Shown: piece after piece, positions 41,089-53,536 of the stretch
Numbering within the stretch: the stretch's first letter is position 1
How the letters are laid out: the number at the start of each line of letters is the position of its first letter
Source: Neocallimastix sp. 'constans'
Taxonomy: Eukaryota
Direction: 5' to 3'
NCBI GenBank assembly: GCA_050613775.1
Contig: JBODTK010000103.1
Span: forward strand, 1 to 64,000
Length of the DNA: 64,000 bases
Notes under the pieces: model-generated
What the model was told of the DNA's origin: nothing
Seen by the model: the letters and a program-made list of their open reading frames with translations, nothing else
The model's database searches: none
Program-made: the position numbers and the translations under genes

Positions 41089-41879
41089 TTGATATTGAAT
41101 AAACGTATTATATATTTTTCACTTATATATATGTATACATATATAAATGAAGAAATATATAAATAATATTAGAAAATATTATCAAAAAAATAAAAAAAAT
41201 TTTTTTTTTATAGTTGTAAACTATCAAATATTATTGATTGTTAAATATAAATATATATATATATATATAGTCATATAGTCACTTATTTTAATATTTTCAT
41301 AATACATACCATCATAATATCTATATAATTATAAATATTTTTATTTATATATCTATCAATTTATTTATTTAATATGTTTGCATTTCCTTTTATTTAATTA
41401 ATTATTTATTAATATATAAATAAGTACTCCCATTTATTTTTGTAATAATTATGTTAATAATTATCATTAATATATATGTATATTATATATTTAGTCACCA
41501 ATGAAGGAAGATCAAAAACATTTAAGTCAATTTATTATTCATACTGCTCTTGATGTTGTTGATGAATTAATGTGGTGTTATAAGGAATCGTAAGTTTTAT
41601 TATTATTATTATATTATATATATATATTTTATATATTTTTATTTATTATTTATTATATATATATAATATAAAAGATATCTTAAAGTTGTTGATAAATTCA
41701 ATGAATGGTATATTTCTGCTTATGTTACTGCAAATGGTATGAGATTTATGCTTTTACATGATACCACTAATCCCGAAGGTATTAAGAATTTCTTTTCCGA
41801 AGTTCATGAATTATATATTAAGGTACAAAATATATATAATATAAAAATAATTATAAATGTTATCATAATTTTTTTTATA

Positions 41880-41934
<55 letters not shown>

Positions 41935-42302
41935 TATTTTTATTTTATTTTTTATTTTTTTTTTAATTTTTTTTTGAGTAAATTTTTTTATTAATAATTA
42001 TTTATTTTACTTTATAATGTTATACTATATAAAAATATTATAATAAATATTAGGTTTTATTAAATCCATTCTATGAAATAAATTCACCAATAACATCCAA
42101 GGCCTTTGATAATAAAGTTCAACAATTAAGAAGGTAAATAAATTAAACAAGCATCAAATAAACAAACAAACAAACAAAAACAAAAACAAAAACAAAATAA
42201 TATATAATTATATTTGTTAATATTATTATTTGAAAGTACATCATTCATAAATTAATTTATTTTTTATTTTTTATTTTTTTATTAATTTTAAATATAATTG
42301 TA

Positions 42303-42347
<45 letters not shown>

Positions 42348-42403
42348 CTATTGGCAATAAATAATAACTAAAATAATCGTATTACAGAAAATACTTAATC
42401 TAG
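40316..42403 (+). CDS. TRS20: TRAPP subunit Trs20/TRAPPC2 (sedlin). Exons 40316-40411, 41495-41589, 41675-41822, 42054-42133, 42388-42403
   Basis: [84 protein letters not shown]; the last small exon restores RKYLI*. Confidence 0.95.
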
Positions 42404-42449
42404 AAAATAAATATATCAATAAATAAATATATAAATAAATATATATATA

Positions 42450-42486
<37 letters not shown>

Positions 42487-42740
42487 TAATTCAAACCATC
42501 TAAATTCAAAATAACTAAGAAGATAGATAAATTAATTAATAAATAAATAATTTTTTTTATTTTATTCTATTTTTATTTTTATTTTTTTTTTTTTTTAATT
42601 TATTTTATTTTTATTATCGAAATCTAATATATATAAAATATATATTTAAATAAGTTAAATAATAATAATAACTAAAAAAAAAAAAAAAAAAAAATTAAAT
42701 AAAAATAAAAATTAGTTACAAATTTATTAATTATTAATAA

Positions 42741-42815
<75 letters not shown>

Positions 42816-43629
42816 GGTATATATATATATGAGACTAATTTATTTTTTTATTTTTTTTTTTTTGAAAAGTATTATAGTATAATAGTATTATGATAATATT
42901 TTTGAATATTTAATATTTCCATAATAATAATAGGCGATGATAAAATTTTTTTTAAATTTGACGTAGTAATAGTTAATCTGTATCTCTCTATCTAAGTTGT
43001 AATAAACAATTGATATAACCAAGTTTCAATTATATAATTCTATTACTACTGTTACTATTACTATTACTATTACTATTATTATTTATTATTTATTATTATT
43101 ATTTTTTATGACTTTTTAAGAGAAAAGAGGAAGTTTGTAAATGATTTTATTTTAGTATTTATTTATTTATTTATTTTTTTTTTTCTTTTTTCTTTTTTAT
43201 TATTTATATTGGATGAAAAAAAATTTTATTCTTCTATGTATTGTTATATAAATAATTCTATGATATAATCAAAAAGATTATTATCGGGTCATAAAGAAAA
43301 AATAAAAAAAAAAAAAAAAAAATTTTTTTTTATATCAATATCTAAGGTAGTTATGAACTAAATATTATTGCTAAAAATAAAGGAAAAATGATATTAATAA
43401 ATAATATAAGATATTATTATTACTAATATAATATATAATTATTATTTTTTATTATAATTTCTAATCATAAATAAATTAAAAAAAAAAAAAAAAAAAGAGG
43501 TTGATCATTTTTAAAAATAAAAATTAATCATTTTAGTTTATAAAAAAAAAAAAAAAAAAAAAAAATTACAAATTCATAATATAAACTACTATTATATTTT
43601 ATATTTTTAATATATATATGTATTTATAA

Positions 43630-43680
<51 letters not shown>

Positions 43681-43746
43681 AATTACAAACACATAATATA
43701 AACTACTATTATATTTTATATTTTTAATATATATATGTATTTATAA

Positions 43747-43781
<35 letters not shown>

Positions 43782-43819
43782 AAAAATAAATAATAATAAA
43801 AATTATTCTTTTGTTAATT

Positions 43820-43850
<31 letters not shown>

Positions 43851-44290
43851 TTTTTATTCTTTATTTTTTTATTTTATATTTTTATTTTTTAATTTTAATG
43901 ATTAATTTTTTATAAGCTATATTATAATTTACAATAAAAAAATATATATATAAATATTTTTTTATTACTTTACGATATCGATAATATAATTTTATTTTAT
44001 ATTAAAAAAAAGAAATATGTTTTATATTTATATTTAAACGATGATGTTTATAACTAAGGTACTAATGATTTTTGGATAATATATGTATATTATCCAAAAA
44101 TTATGCATATTTATATTTATTTTTTATTTATAAATATTAAGATTTATGATTATTTTTTTTTTCTTTTTATTAACATATTTAATTTTTTATTATATAAATA
44201 GTTAATAGAAAAAAAAAAGTTTTGATTAATAGAAATTTTCGTATACATACATAAAAAATATAAAATATTACATATTTATATGATTTCTTT

Positions 44291-44331
<41 letters not shown>

Positions 44332-44422
44332 ACGATAATTATTTTACTGCTATTATATTAATAATATTATTTATTTATTTATTTGAATTACTATTTTTTG
44401 TATTATATATAAATTAATTTAA

Positions 44423-44466
<44 letters not shown>

Positions 44467-44502
44467 ATTTACTTAATTATAAATAGTATTATTATTATTA
44501 TT

Positions 44503-47439
44503 TTAATTAATTTCAGTTAATGAGAGCTTTTTTTGAATTGTATTATTATAACATAAGGAAGGTCTTTTTTTAGATCCAGTACTTGTAGAAGATAGTGGAC
44601 CATCTATAATTTCACTATTATTTTTTATGGTAATAGAATCTGCAGAGTTACTGGTATTATCAAAAGAAATTTTTTTATTTAATAATAATTCGTTATTAGC
44701 TCCATTTTCTATATCAACATCAGTAAAATCTCCTGGTCTTTGAGCTATAATTTCAGTTCTTGGATTAGTTGAAACTACATTTAATATACCACTATCTTCA
44801 TCAGTAGTTAAACCATTTCTAGCATGATACATATTTTCCTTAAGTTGTAAACAATTAATATAGATAGTTTCAATATCATGTTTAACAATCCTTTTTGCAA
44901 TCATACTAAGATATTTATACCAGTTACAAATGGTAACAAGACGTTCTCTACAGAACATACAAATGAATTCATGTTCTGGATTCTTTTCATCTTCAAAGAA
45001 GAATTTATACCAGAGAATACTATCTTCATTATTGGTATATTTTAGGGAACAGAGAGCACATTCTGGTTCAACATCTTTAAGTATTAAATCTTGGAAGTTT
45101 GATGTATTTGCCTTTTCAATAACAACAATATTAGATTTAAGACCATTTAATAACTTTCTCTTACTGAAGAAACCCATATAGGTACCATTAAGGTCAAGAC
45201 ATTGAACAATCTCTTCTAATTCACATTGTTTGACCAATTTAGTGTTATAGATCTTACTGTAATCTTCAGATAAAATTTCATTAAAATTAATATAGGTTTG
45301 ATCATTAGTATGGAAAACTAATGGCTTAACTATAGATCCCATGATAGTTTCTTCTCCATTGTCATCATCATCTTCATCCTCATCATCATCTTCTTCTCCT
45401 TCTCCTTCTCCATTCAATACAACCATATTATTATTACTATCTTGGTAATTGAAGGCTGGATCACCACCATTATTACTAATGGTCATATTAGTATCAATAA
45501 CAAGGGTACGTTGTTCTGGTTTTTCCATTTCATTGATATTAATATTAACTTCACTATTTTGTTGAACCTCAGCTTCAACAGTTTCAACTTCAGTAGCACC
45601 TGGAGTAATATTATTAATAGTAACAATACCTTCTTCATTATTCTTTTCATTTTCGTTTCCATTTCCGTTTTCATTTTGATCATTGTAACCGAGAGAGATA
45701 TCACTTAAATGATCAGCAGAATTAGCAGTGTTAGCAGAGGAAGCTTTTCTTTCATCAAGAGCATCAAGAATTCTAGCTGATGAGGTAGATTTATTAATAA
45801 CAGAATCGGCAGTAGAAATGAAGGACATTTCAGAGAAACAGCGACTAATATTTGGATCGAATGAAGTATTTGCAGCATTCATAGTATTTGGAGTTAATGG
45901 AGAGATACCGTTGAGACGGTTGTGTCTCTTACGTCTATAGTGTTCAATCTTACTATTAAGATGTTCAATTTGGGCCTTTAAACTAGCAGATTCATCCAAC
46001 TTAAATTCATATAAGGTACTTAATTCTTCATTTTTACGAGTGAGACTAGCAATTTTTTTACTCATTTCTTGATTATCATGATTTAATAGATTAATTTGTG
46101 AATTTCTAATTTCAGATTCATTCTTGAATTGCTTTAATTCATCATTTAATTCATTAATTTTTTCTTTCATTCTAATATTTTCTTCTCTAATTTCCCTAGA
46201 ATTCTTTCTTTCATTTTCAATTTGGATAATAGCTTGTTCGATTTCCTTATCCTTTTGAACAAAGACACTAAGATTCTTTTCTTCTAAATTTTGAATTTTA
46301 TTTTCTCTATCTTCTACATCATTACGTAAATTATTAATCATACTCTTGAGACGATTGATTTCAACAAGAGCTTCATTTTTCTCTTCTTTTTCCTTTTGAT
46401 ATCTTGAACGTGAGTCATTTTCAATGGAACGTAAGACATCACGTTCTTCTTCAACACTCTTTTTCAATTTATTAACATAATTTTCAGCTTTTTCTTTTTC
46501 ATTTTTAATAATTTGATCGGATACTTTTTTAATTTCGTCAATATCATCCTTATTTTGTTTTCTAAGACGATCTAAACGTTGCTCCGTAGCTATTTCTAAG
46601 CGAATAATATAATCATTTGAACTTTGAATTTTTTTATCTGTTTCTTGCTTTATAATTTTACATTGATCTTTGAAGAAAAGAACCTTTTCTATGAGTTCTT
46701 CCTTACTAAGAGTATTAAAGTCAACGTCATCATCTTCTATTTCTGCAATTTCACTTGATTCTGAGAAAGTTCTAATTAATTTATCTTTATTTGCTTCTTG
46801 TGCTAATGGAATACTATCATCTAATTTTTCTTTTGGTTTTTCTTCGATATTTTCTGATCCTTGAACCGTATCTATTTTTGATTCTGTTTCATCATTATTT
46901 TCATCATTATCATTATTTTCTTCTTCACTTTCGTTTTCAGTTACATTATTTGACTCAGAGAGTTGTACAACTTCAGCTTCAAAAGTTTCAACAGTTTCTT
47001 CTTCTGGTTGTTCCTCGTTAACAGAAGCTAATGTTTTACTTTCTTTTATTTCTTCTTCTTCTTCTTTAGATTGAAGTTCAGGTTCAGGTATTGTATCTGT
47101 TATTTCTTCTTCTTCAGTACCTGTTGGTTCTGGTGCAGGTATTGTATCTGCTATTTCTTCTTCTTCTTCAGCACTTGCTGGTTCTGGTGCAGGTATTGTA
47201 TCTGTTATTTCTTCTTCTTCAGCACCTGTTGGTTCTGGTACAGGTATTGAATCTGTTATTTCTTCCTCAACAGTTTCTGGATTCTCCTCTATTTTAGCAT
47301 TGTTTACTGTATTATTTTCATTTTCAACATCTTCAGCAGAAACATTATTTATTTCTCTGTCAGTACTTTCGATATTTTCTTCAACAGTTTGTTCTTCAAC
47401 ATTATTTTCTAATGTTGGTTGATTTTCAATTTCAGACAT
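44503..47439 (-). CDS. Intronless acidic/coiled-coil protein with a fungal Sec2-like C-terminal Cys-rich domain
   Basis: 978 aa. N-terminal EEEITDTIPAPEP repeats, a long coiled coil, and C-terminal EEIVQCL...CALC...ICMFCRERLVTICNWYKYLSMI...LKENMYHARNG resembling fungal Sec2 C-termini. Confidence 0.75.
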   Translation of the reverse strand: MSEIENQPTLENNVEEQTVEENIESTDREINNVSAEDVENENNTVNNAKIEENPETVEEEITDSIPVPEPTGAEEEEITDTIPAPEPASAEEEEEIADTIPAPEPTGTEEEEITDTIPEPELQSKEEEEEIKESKTLASVNEEQPEEETVETFEAEVVQLSESNNVTENESEEENNDNDENNDETESKIDTVQGSENIEEKPKEKLDDSIPLAQEANKDKLIRTFSESSEIAEIEDDDVDFNTLSKEELIEKVLFFKDQCKIIKQETDKKIQSSNDYIIRLEIATEQRLDRLRKQNKDDIDEIKKVSDQIIKNEKEKAENYVNKLKKSVEEERDVLRSIENDSRSRYQKEKEEKNEALVEINRLKSMINNLRNDVEDRENKIQNLEEKNLSVFVQKDKEIEQAIIQIENERKNSREIREENIRMKEKINELNDELKQFKNESEIRNSQINLLNHDNQEMSKKIASLTRKNEELSTLYEFKLDESASLKAQIEHLNSKIEHYRRKRHNRLNGISPLTPNTMNAANTSFDPNISRCFSEMSFISTADSVINKSTSSARILDALDERKASSANTANSADHLSDISLGYNDQNENGNGNENEKNNEEGIVTINNITPGATEVETVEAEVQQNSEVNININEMEKPEQRTLVIDTNMTISNNGGDPAFNYQDSNNNMVVLNGEGEGEEDDDEDEDDDDNGEETIMGSIVKPLVFHTNDQTYINFNEILSEDYSKIYNTKLVKQCELEEIVQCLDLNGTYMGFFSKRKLLNGLKSNIVVIEKANTSNFQDLILKDVEPECALCSLKYTNNEDSILWYKFFFEDEKNPEHEFICMFCRERLVTICNWYKYLSMIAKRIVKHDIETIYINCLQLKENMYHARNGLTTDEDSGILNVVSTNPRTEIIAQRPGDFTDVDIENGANNELLLNKKISFDNTSNSADSITIKNNSEIIDGPLSSTSTGSKKRPSLCYNNTIQKKLSLTEIN

Positions 47440-50400
47440 TTCTGTATTTATTATTTATTATTTAAGTATGTAATTTCTATTTTTCTATTAAATATATATA
47501 TATTATATTATATTAGATATATAAATATACAAAATTATAAATATTCAAATATATAAAAATATTTAAATTATATATTTATAAAATTAATACAATTAGTAAA
47601 ACTATTATTTAAAATTATATATTGTTTCAAAATATTATTTAGAAATATGTTAAAATATTTTAATCAATTATATGTTTAATACTATTCAATTCTCAATTCT
47701 TAAATTTCGCTTGTTTAATTTTTTATTTTAAAATTAATTTATAATATATATATATTATTTTTTTTAAGAATTTATATTTATAAATTTATATTGGGGAAAA
47801 TATGTTGTTTGATTATTTTAAATATTCATTGTTTTATGCTTCTTTTTTTTTTTTTTTTTTTTTTTGAAATCACTATTTGTGTATTATTACTATCTTCAAT
47901 ATTATTTTTTTTTATTTTTTTATTAATATTAATAATTTCTATAATGGACAACATTAATTCCTAATCTTTGATAATCGTAATATATTTATTAATTCTTTCA
48001 AAATTCTTTCTTTCTTTAATATTGAAAATTTTTATATTTTTATATTTTTATTAACTTTATTTCTTCTATGTTGGGTAAATAAATATGATTATTATTTAAA
48101 TTCTACATTTTAATAACATTTTGTGAGATTGTTTAATAAAATATAAAATTATTGAATTATTGACAAAATTTATTTTATTTTTATATATTCCCTATTTATT
48201 TTAATTTAAAATATATTTACATATATATATTTATATTACATATGTAATAAATATATTAGTATTTATGGTAATACTTTACAATTTAAATATTATGGTTCAA
48301 TGTTAATTTTATTTTTGATGATTTTCCCTATTTCTTTACAATTTTTGTTTCTAAATTATTTATGTTAAATATGAAATTATTAATGATAAAAAAAAAAAGA
48401 TAGTATAGAGTTTTATTTTATTATCTTTCTCAGAAAAAAAAATAAATGATTATATGAAATTGACTATTTATTCAATATAATGAATTTTTAGTCTATTTCC
48501 GTTTATTCTTTTAGTCTTCTCTGTTATATTAATTATCTTTTTATTTTTAATTTAAAGTAACGTTTAAATATTTTTTTTTCAAAATAAATAATAAAATAAA
48601 AATTTAAAATTAAATATAATAAATATCTATCTATCTTTTTTTTTTTTTTTTTTTTTAGTTTTCTTTACTTTTTATTTATTTTGATATAGTTCAAAAACAA
48701 AAAAAGTAAAGAGTAAGGAATAAAAAATAAAAAAAAATTTTTTTCATTTTATTTTATAATTATATCAAAATGTTAAATTAATATAAAAAATTGAACTATA
48801 TAAAAATTGATGAATTAATATATTACATATTAATATATATGCCATATAATTTTTTTTTTTTTAAATTTTTATAATTATCAATCTTAATAGGAATTATTAA
48901 ATAATAATAATAAAAAATGATAATAACTATTTAATAATATAAAACTATATAAAAAAAAGTAAATATTATCAATTATAGTTTTATAATTATGAATATTATT
49001 AATAATAATTTTTATATATCAATAACAAATAAAATTAATATAAAAGAAAAAAAAATAGATTGAATAAATAATAAACAGGTTAATTATTATAATATTTTAT
49101 AAAACTATATATATATATTTTTTTTATTTCTGAATTAACTCATATTTATTCCATAATTCCATATTATAAAATTATTTTCATAACATATAGAAAATAAGCA
49201 ATTCCTTTTATTATTATTTTTTTCTTTAAATGAAAACTTTAATCATTATTATAATAGAATTTAATCTATTTAGTATTTAATAAATGTTAAATAATGATTT
49301 TAATATAAAACAATACAATTAAAATTAAGTATAAAAAAAAATAATTATTAAATAATTATTAAAATTAATAAAAAAAACTTTTATAATTTAAACAATATTA
49401 ATAATATATGTAATTAATATATTATTAATATACTATTAATAAATTATTAATATATTTATATTTATATTTGTTTACATATTAATTTGTGTTTTTTATATTA
49501 TTGGGATTTGTTTTATTTAAAGTGATATATGAAGTTGTTAAATTTAATTAAAACAATTGATAAATATAAATTATATTTATATTAATATAAACAATTTATA
49601 TTATTTAAATATATTAGATTATATTATGAAATACCATTTATATGTAAATATACTTTTTTTTTATAATAATAATATTAATAAAAATTTTTAATACAAAATA
49701 GAATAAAAAAAATATTGATATATATATATAAAACAGAAAAGAGAAAGAAAATTTTAATAAAAATGAAAAATTTATTAATCAATAATTAATAATATTTTAT
49801 ATATTATTAATAAATATTGATTAAAGTTTTATTTTTAAAAATTAACTAATCATAAATTGTTTTTAAGAGCTTACACTAATTATTATTAATTTTTAACTAA
49901 ATTATTATTATCGGTAATTTTTCATGTACATATTCAAATTTACTTTTTAATATATATAATACTATGAAATATCTATATAACAGAAATCATTCATACCAAT
50001 TATTTAATTCATTTTCTATTTAAAATATTATGAGAAGTAATAAAGATAAAAAAATTATTAAAAAAATTCATTGCAATATCTATAGAATTTATAATATCAA
50101 TAGAATTTATAATATCAATAGAATTTATAATATAAATTATTTTTTTTTTATTTCTATTTAATGAAATTTTATGATATATAGTATTCGTTAGTCATATTAA
50201 TAGTATTTAAATTTTCAAATAATATTTTTAAATATATATATGATAAATTAGTATTAATTATTTTATTAAAAATTAATATTACAATCCATCTTTTAATAAT
50301 AAAATTATTATTAATATTATATATATATTAGCATTATTATCGTCAGCATTATAATGCATTATTTAGATTACATATAAATAATAATGAAAAGTCTAAAATT

Positions 50401-50850
50401 TTTTTTTTTTTTAATTTTATTATACAGAGTTTTATCTAATATTGAGATAAGTAACGGCTTAAACAAACTGGGAAAATTATATATATATATATTTTTTTTT
50501 TCTGTGTATTAATTTTTTAATCTATTTTATGTTTTTTTTTTTAAATTTATTTATTAATAAATAGAGTTTATAATACTTAATATATCTTGTTGTATTCTTT
50601 TCCATATTATATGTTTATTTATTTATTTTTTAATTAAAAACCAAAAAAAAAACTTTTTTAAATTAATTTAGTGATAGGTTAATAAATTATTAATATATTA
50701 TTTAATATATAAATATATCAATTATATTAAATTTAATTTATTATATTAATTTTTTTTAACTTTTCCATATTTCCCCATGTTTGGGAAGTAAAAATATAAA
50801 AAATAATAATAAAAAAAAACTTAGTTGTTTTATATGTTAATGAATATATT

Positions 50851-50855
<5 letters not shown>

Positions 50856-50890
<35 letters not shown>

Positions 50891-51300
50891 GACTGAAGAC
50901 TTTGGTCTTCCCCATATAGTAATATGGGTGTATGATTAACTGCCATACCGGTACGGCGTCGACGCTCTCAACTCCCCATAAGCAAAGAAACTCCATATAG
51001 AAGCACCCTACGCGATCCTCGAGGGAAAGCAGAGCCAACTATAGGTGGCGTCCTTGCCATCCCAGAGGAACTGGACACTGTAAATCCTCTCAGACAAGGC
51101 TTACGCAATGGGATTCTAATAGTATTAGAAATATAGAAAACTTAGAAAGTATACCTACCTGAGTATCGTTTAACCCCTAACCTTTCGCGCAAAACCCAAA
51201 GGGAAAAATCGTGAAGATATGATACTTGTGGGGGTCGATCCAGAGACCTTTGGTATGATAAGCCAACGACTTAACAACCCAGGATAAGAACTGGATGACA
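50856..51300 (-). mobile_element. tRNA-headed SINE-like element with poly(A) tail
   Basis: Minus strand: degenerate A box (TATCCTGGGTTGTTAAG), anticodon-arm-like TTGGC-TTATCAT-ACCAA, B-box-like GGATCGACCCC (51241-51231), a GC-rich hairpin-rich body and an A32 tail. Confidence 0.65.
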
Positions 51301-51306
51301 ATATAT

Positions 51307-51802
51307 TGATAAGAATGTACTAAATAATGCATTCTTAATTAAATCTACGATTTATTTCTAATACATTATGTGTACATTATTATTTTTGTACTTTAATAAA
51401 TTTTTAAATCCAAAGATCAAAAATTAAATCAAAAATTATATTAAACTTTATATTTTTATATTAAATCTTATATTAATAGTAATATTTTTATATATTTAAA
51501 ACTTATATTAGCAATATTAATAATAAATCTTATTTTTTTTATATTAATAATGAAAATTTATATTAATAATATTTTTATATATTGATAATTAAAAATTTAT
51601 ATATTATATTTTAACTTTTTATTATAAAATTTTATATCGAAATGTTTTATTTTATATTGAAAAATATTTTATTTTATTAAAAACCTTTATATTAGAATAG
51701 TATTTTTATTTTTATTTGAATATTTTAACAGATTGTAATAAAAATTATAGCCAATTAAATAAATTCTTATTAGTAATATTTTAGATATTTTTAAATAAAT
51801 AA

Positions 51803-51849
<47 letters not shown>

Positions 51850-52147
51850 TTTTATTAATATTATAAATGTATTTTATTTATATTGTTATAATTAAATTTT
51901 ATATAATTAATTATAAAAATCAATTTAAATTTAATAGTTTTTAAAAAAAAAAATAAATAAAATGTAATTTAGTGGCAAGAACAACTTTTATGCCTTGAAA
52001 AAAAGTATAAATAGTTGTAAATTTTGCTACTAATTTTTAAATATCATCAAATAAAATCAAATAAATTTATAAATAAAAATAATAAATAAATAAATAAAAT
52101 TTGTGTTTCCTTACTTTATTTTTATTTAATTCTCTAAAACCCTAACA
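51307..52147 (+). repeat. 5' LTR of family B
   Basis: TGATAAG...CCCTAACA; direct repeat of 58460-59333. Confidence 0.95.
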
Positions 52148-52153
52148 TTTATA

Positions 52154-52170
52154 TGGTGGAGATATCGGGG
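52154..52170 (+). promoter_or_regulatory. Primer binding site, probably tRNA-Ala
   Basis: TGGTGGAGATATCGGGG, 6 nt after the LTR, is complementary to a eukaryotic tRNA-Ala-type 3' end (..CCCCG..AUCUCCACCA). Confidence 0.75.
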
Positions 52171-52360
52171 AATTAAATAGAAATAATAGTAAATAACATA
52201 GATTTTTTTTAATTTTTTTTATTTTATATTGATAAACAAGTAAGTCGTTAATCCTTTGATTAACCCATGGCGCTTGTTTGATATATATATATAAAAAAAA
52301 TTTTTTTTAAATAAGTAAAATTAAGATTCTAAAAAAACAAATTTTGTAAAATTATAACAA

Positions 52361-52665
52361 GGAGCGGATAGAGCTCATACACAGTGTATTCTCAGATAGC
52401 AACAAATTAACTCTATTCATAGTAGGTTATTGAATAGTAGTTAATTTGGAGATTAATTGGAAAGTAGACGAAGGTATTTGGTTACCGACCCGGTAATAAT
52501 AGTTCAACCTTCAACGTTTCAACACACGAAGGTGCGGGTACTTTCCAAGCACTGGCGAATAAGGAGCTTACGTCACCGAAGGCGTAAGATTGTTTTTTTT
52601 ATATAATTTTTTTTACTTTTCTTTGTGCTAGTTATAAGGCACTTTATTATATAAAGTATCAGACT
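52361..52665 (+). ncRNA. Conserved structured cis-RNA in the family B leader (homolog of 1802-2058)
   Basis: Same motif order and helices as the family A copy, with covarying stems. Confidence 0.8.
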
Positions 52666-53165
52666 TTGGCTAACTTCGCCATTTAAATTTTTTTTATTTT
52701 TTTTTATTACTGGTACTTTATTTGTTATATAATTCCTGTAATAGAATCTTAATTTACTTTGAAAATATTGTGTTTTTAGTTAATTTTTATTAGTTAATAA
52801 AAATATTATTGAATACTTTTAAAATTTTTTTATTCCGTACATAGATTATCGGATTAAGTTTATCCTACATAGTAATTGGGCTAGTGGGCTCTGAACTGCT
52901 ATATTTTATATTGAATATAGTAATCGTGGCACACGCGTGGCATGACACCATTAGGTAAGCTGCACGTCAGACAGTGTGTACTATCAGATTGTACGACAAT
53001 AAAGATTATTTTTTTTGTATTTAATAATTATAATTAATTAATAATTTTATTAGCTATAACAATACAATATTTATCGTTTAAAAAGAAAAATTTTTGAAAG
53101 GTGAAAATAATAAATAAAACTTTGCTTCTAAATTTATTACTACAAATATACTAAATTACAAAATT

Positions 53166-53355
53166 CAAGTGGTCGATAAAGATTTCGAGCTTGAAAAATA
53201 TTCTATTAAGTTGTCGATAAAGATTTCGAACTTAAAATTATTCTATTAAGTTGTCGATAAAGATTTCGAACTTAAAATTATTCTTAAAAAAGTAGTCGAA
53301 AAGAACCTCGTGCTTTATAATTTCTACTAAGTTGTCGATAAGGATTTCGAGCTTA
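53166..53355 (+). repeat. Five ~40-bp tandem hairpin units in the family B leader
   Basis: TAAGTT-G-TCGA-TAAAGATT-TCGA-ACTTA and variants. Confidence 0.9.
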
Positions 53356-53536
53356 TACTTACTAAAGAAAGCAAATAAAATTATTATTTTCAAAAATTAC
53401 TAAGATATATTGTTTTAAAATTTGATTCGATATTAAATTACTTGTTAAATTATATTTTTAAAGTTGGACTTTCAAATTTATTCGTATTTAATAACCTCGT
53501 TAATTTACAATAAAAAAATTATTAACTAAAAACGAA

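Noticed and set aside
42132..42137. TRS20 ending at AGG TAA in exon 4
   Set aside because: Splicing at GT 42134 to 42388 restores the conserved KYL C-terminus, so that model is preferred.
53166..53355. Palindromic repeats as a CRISPR array
   Set aside because: Spacers are ~12 nt and near-identical, and the array lies in a retrotransposon leader.
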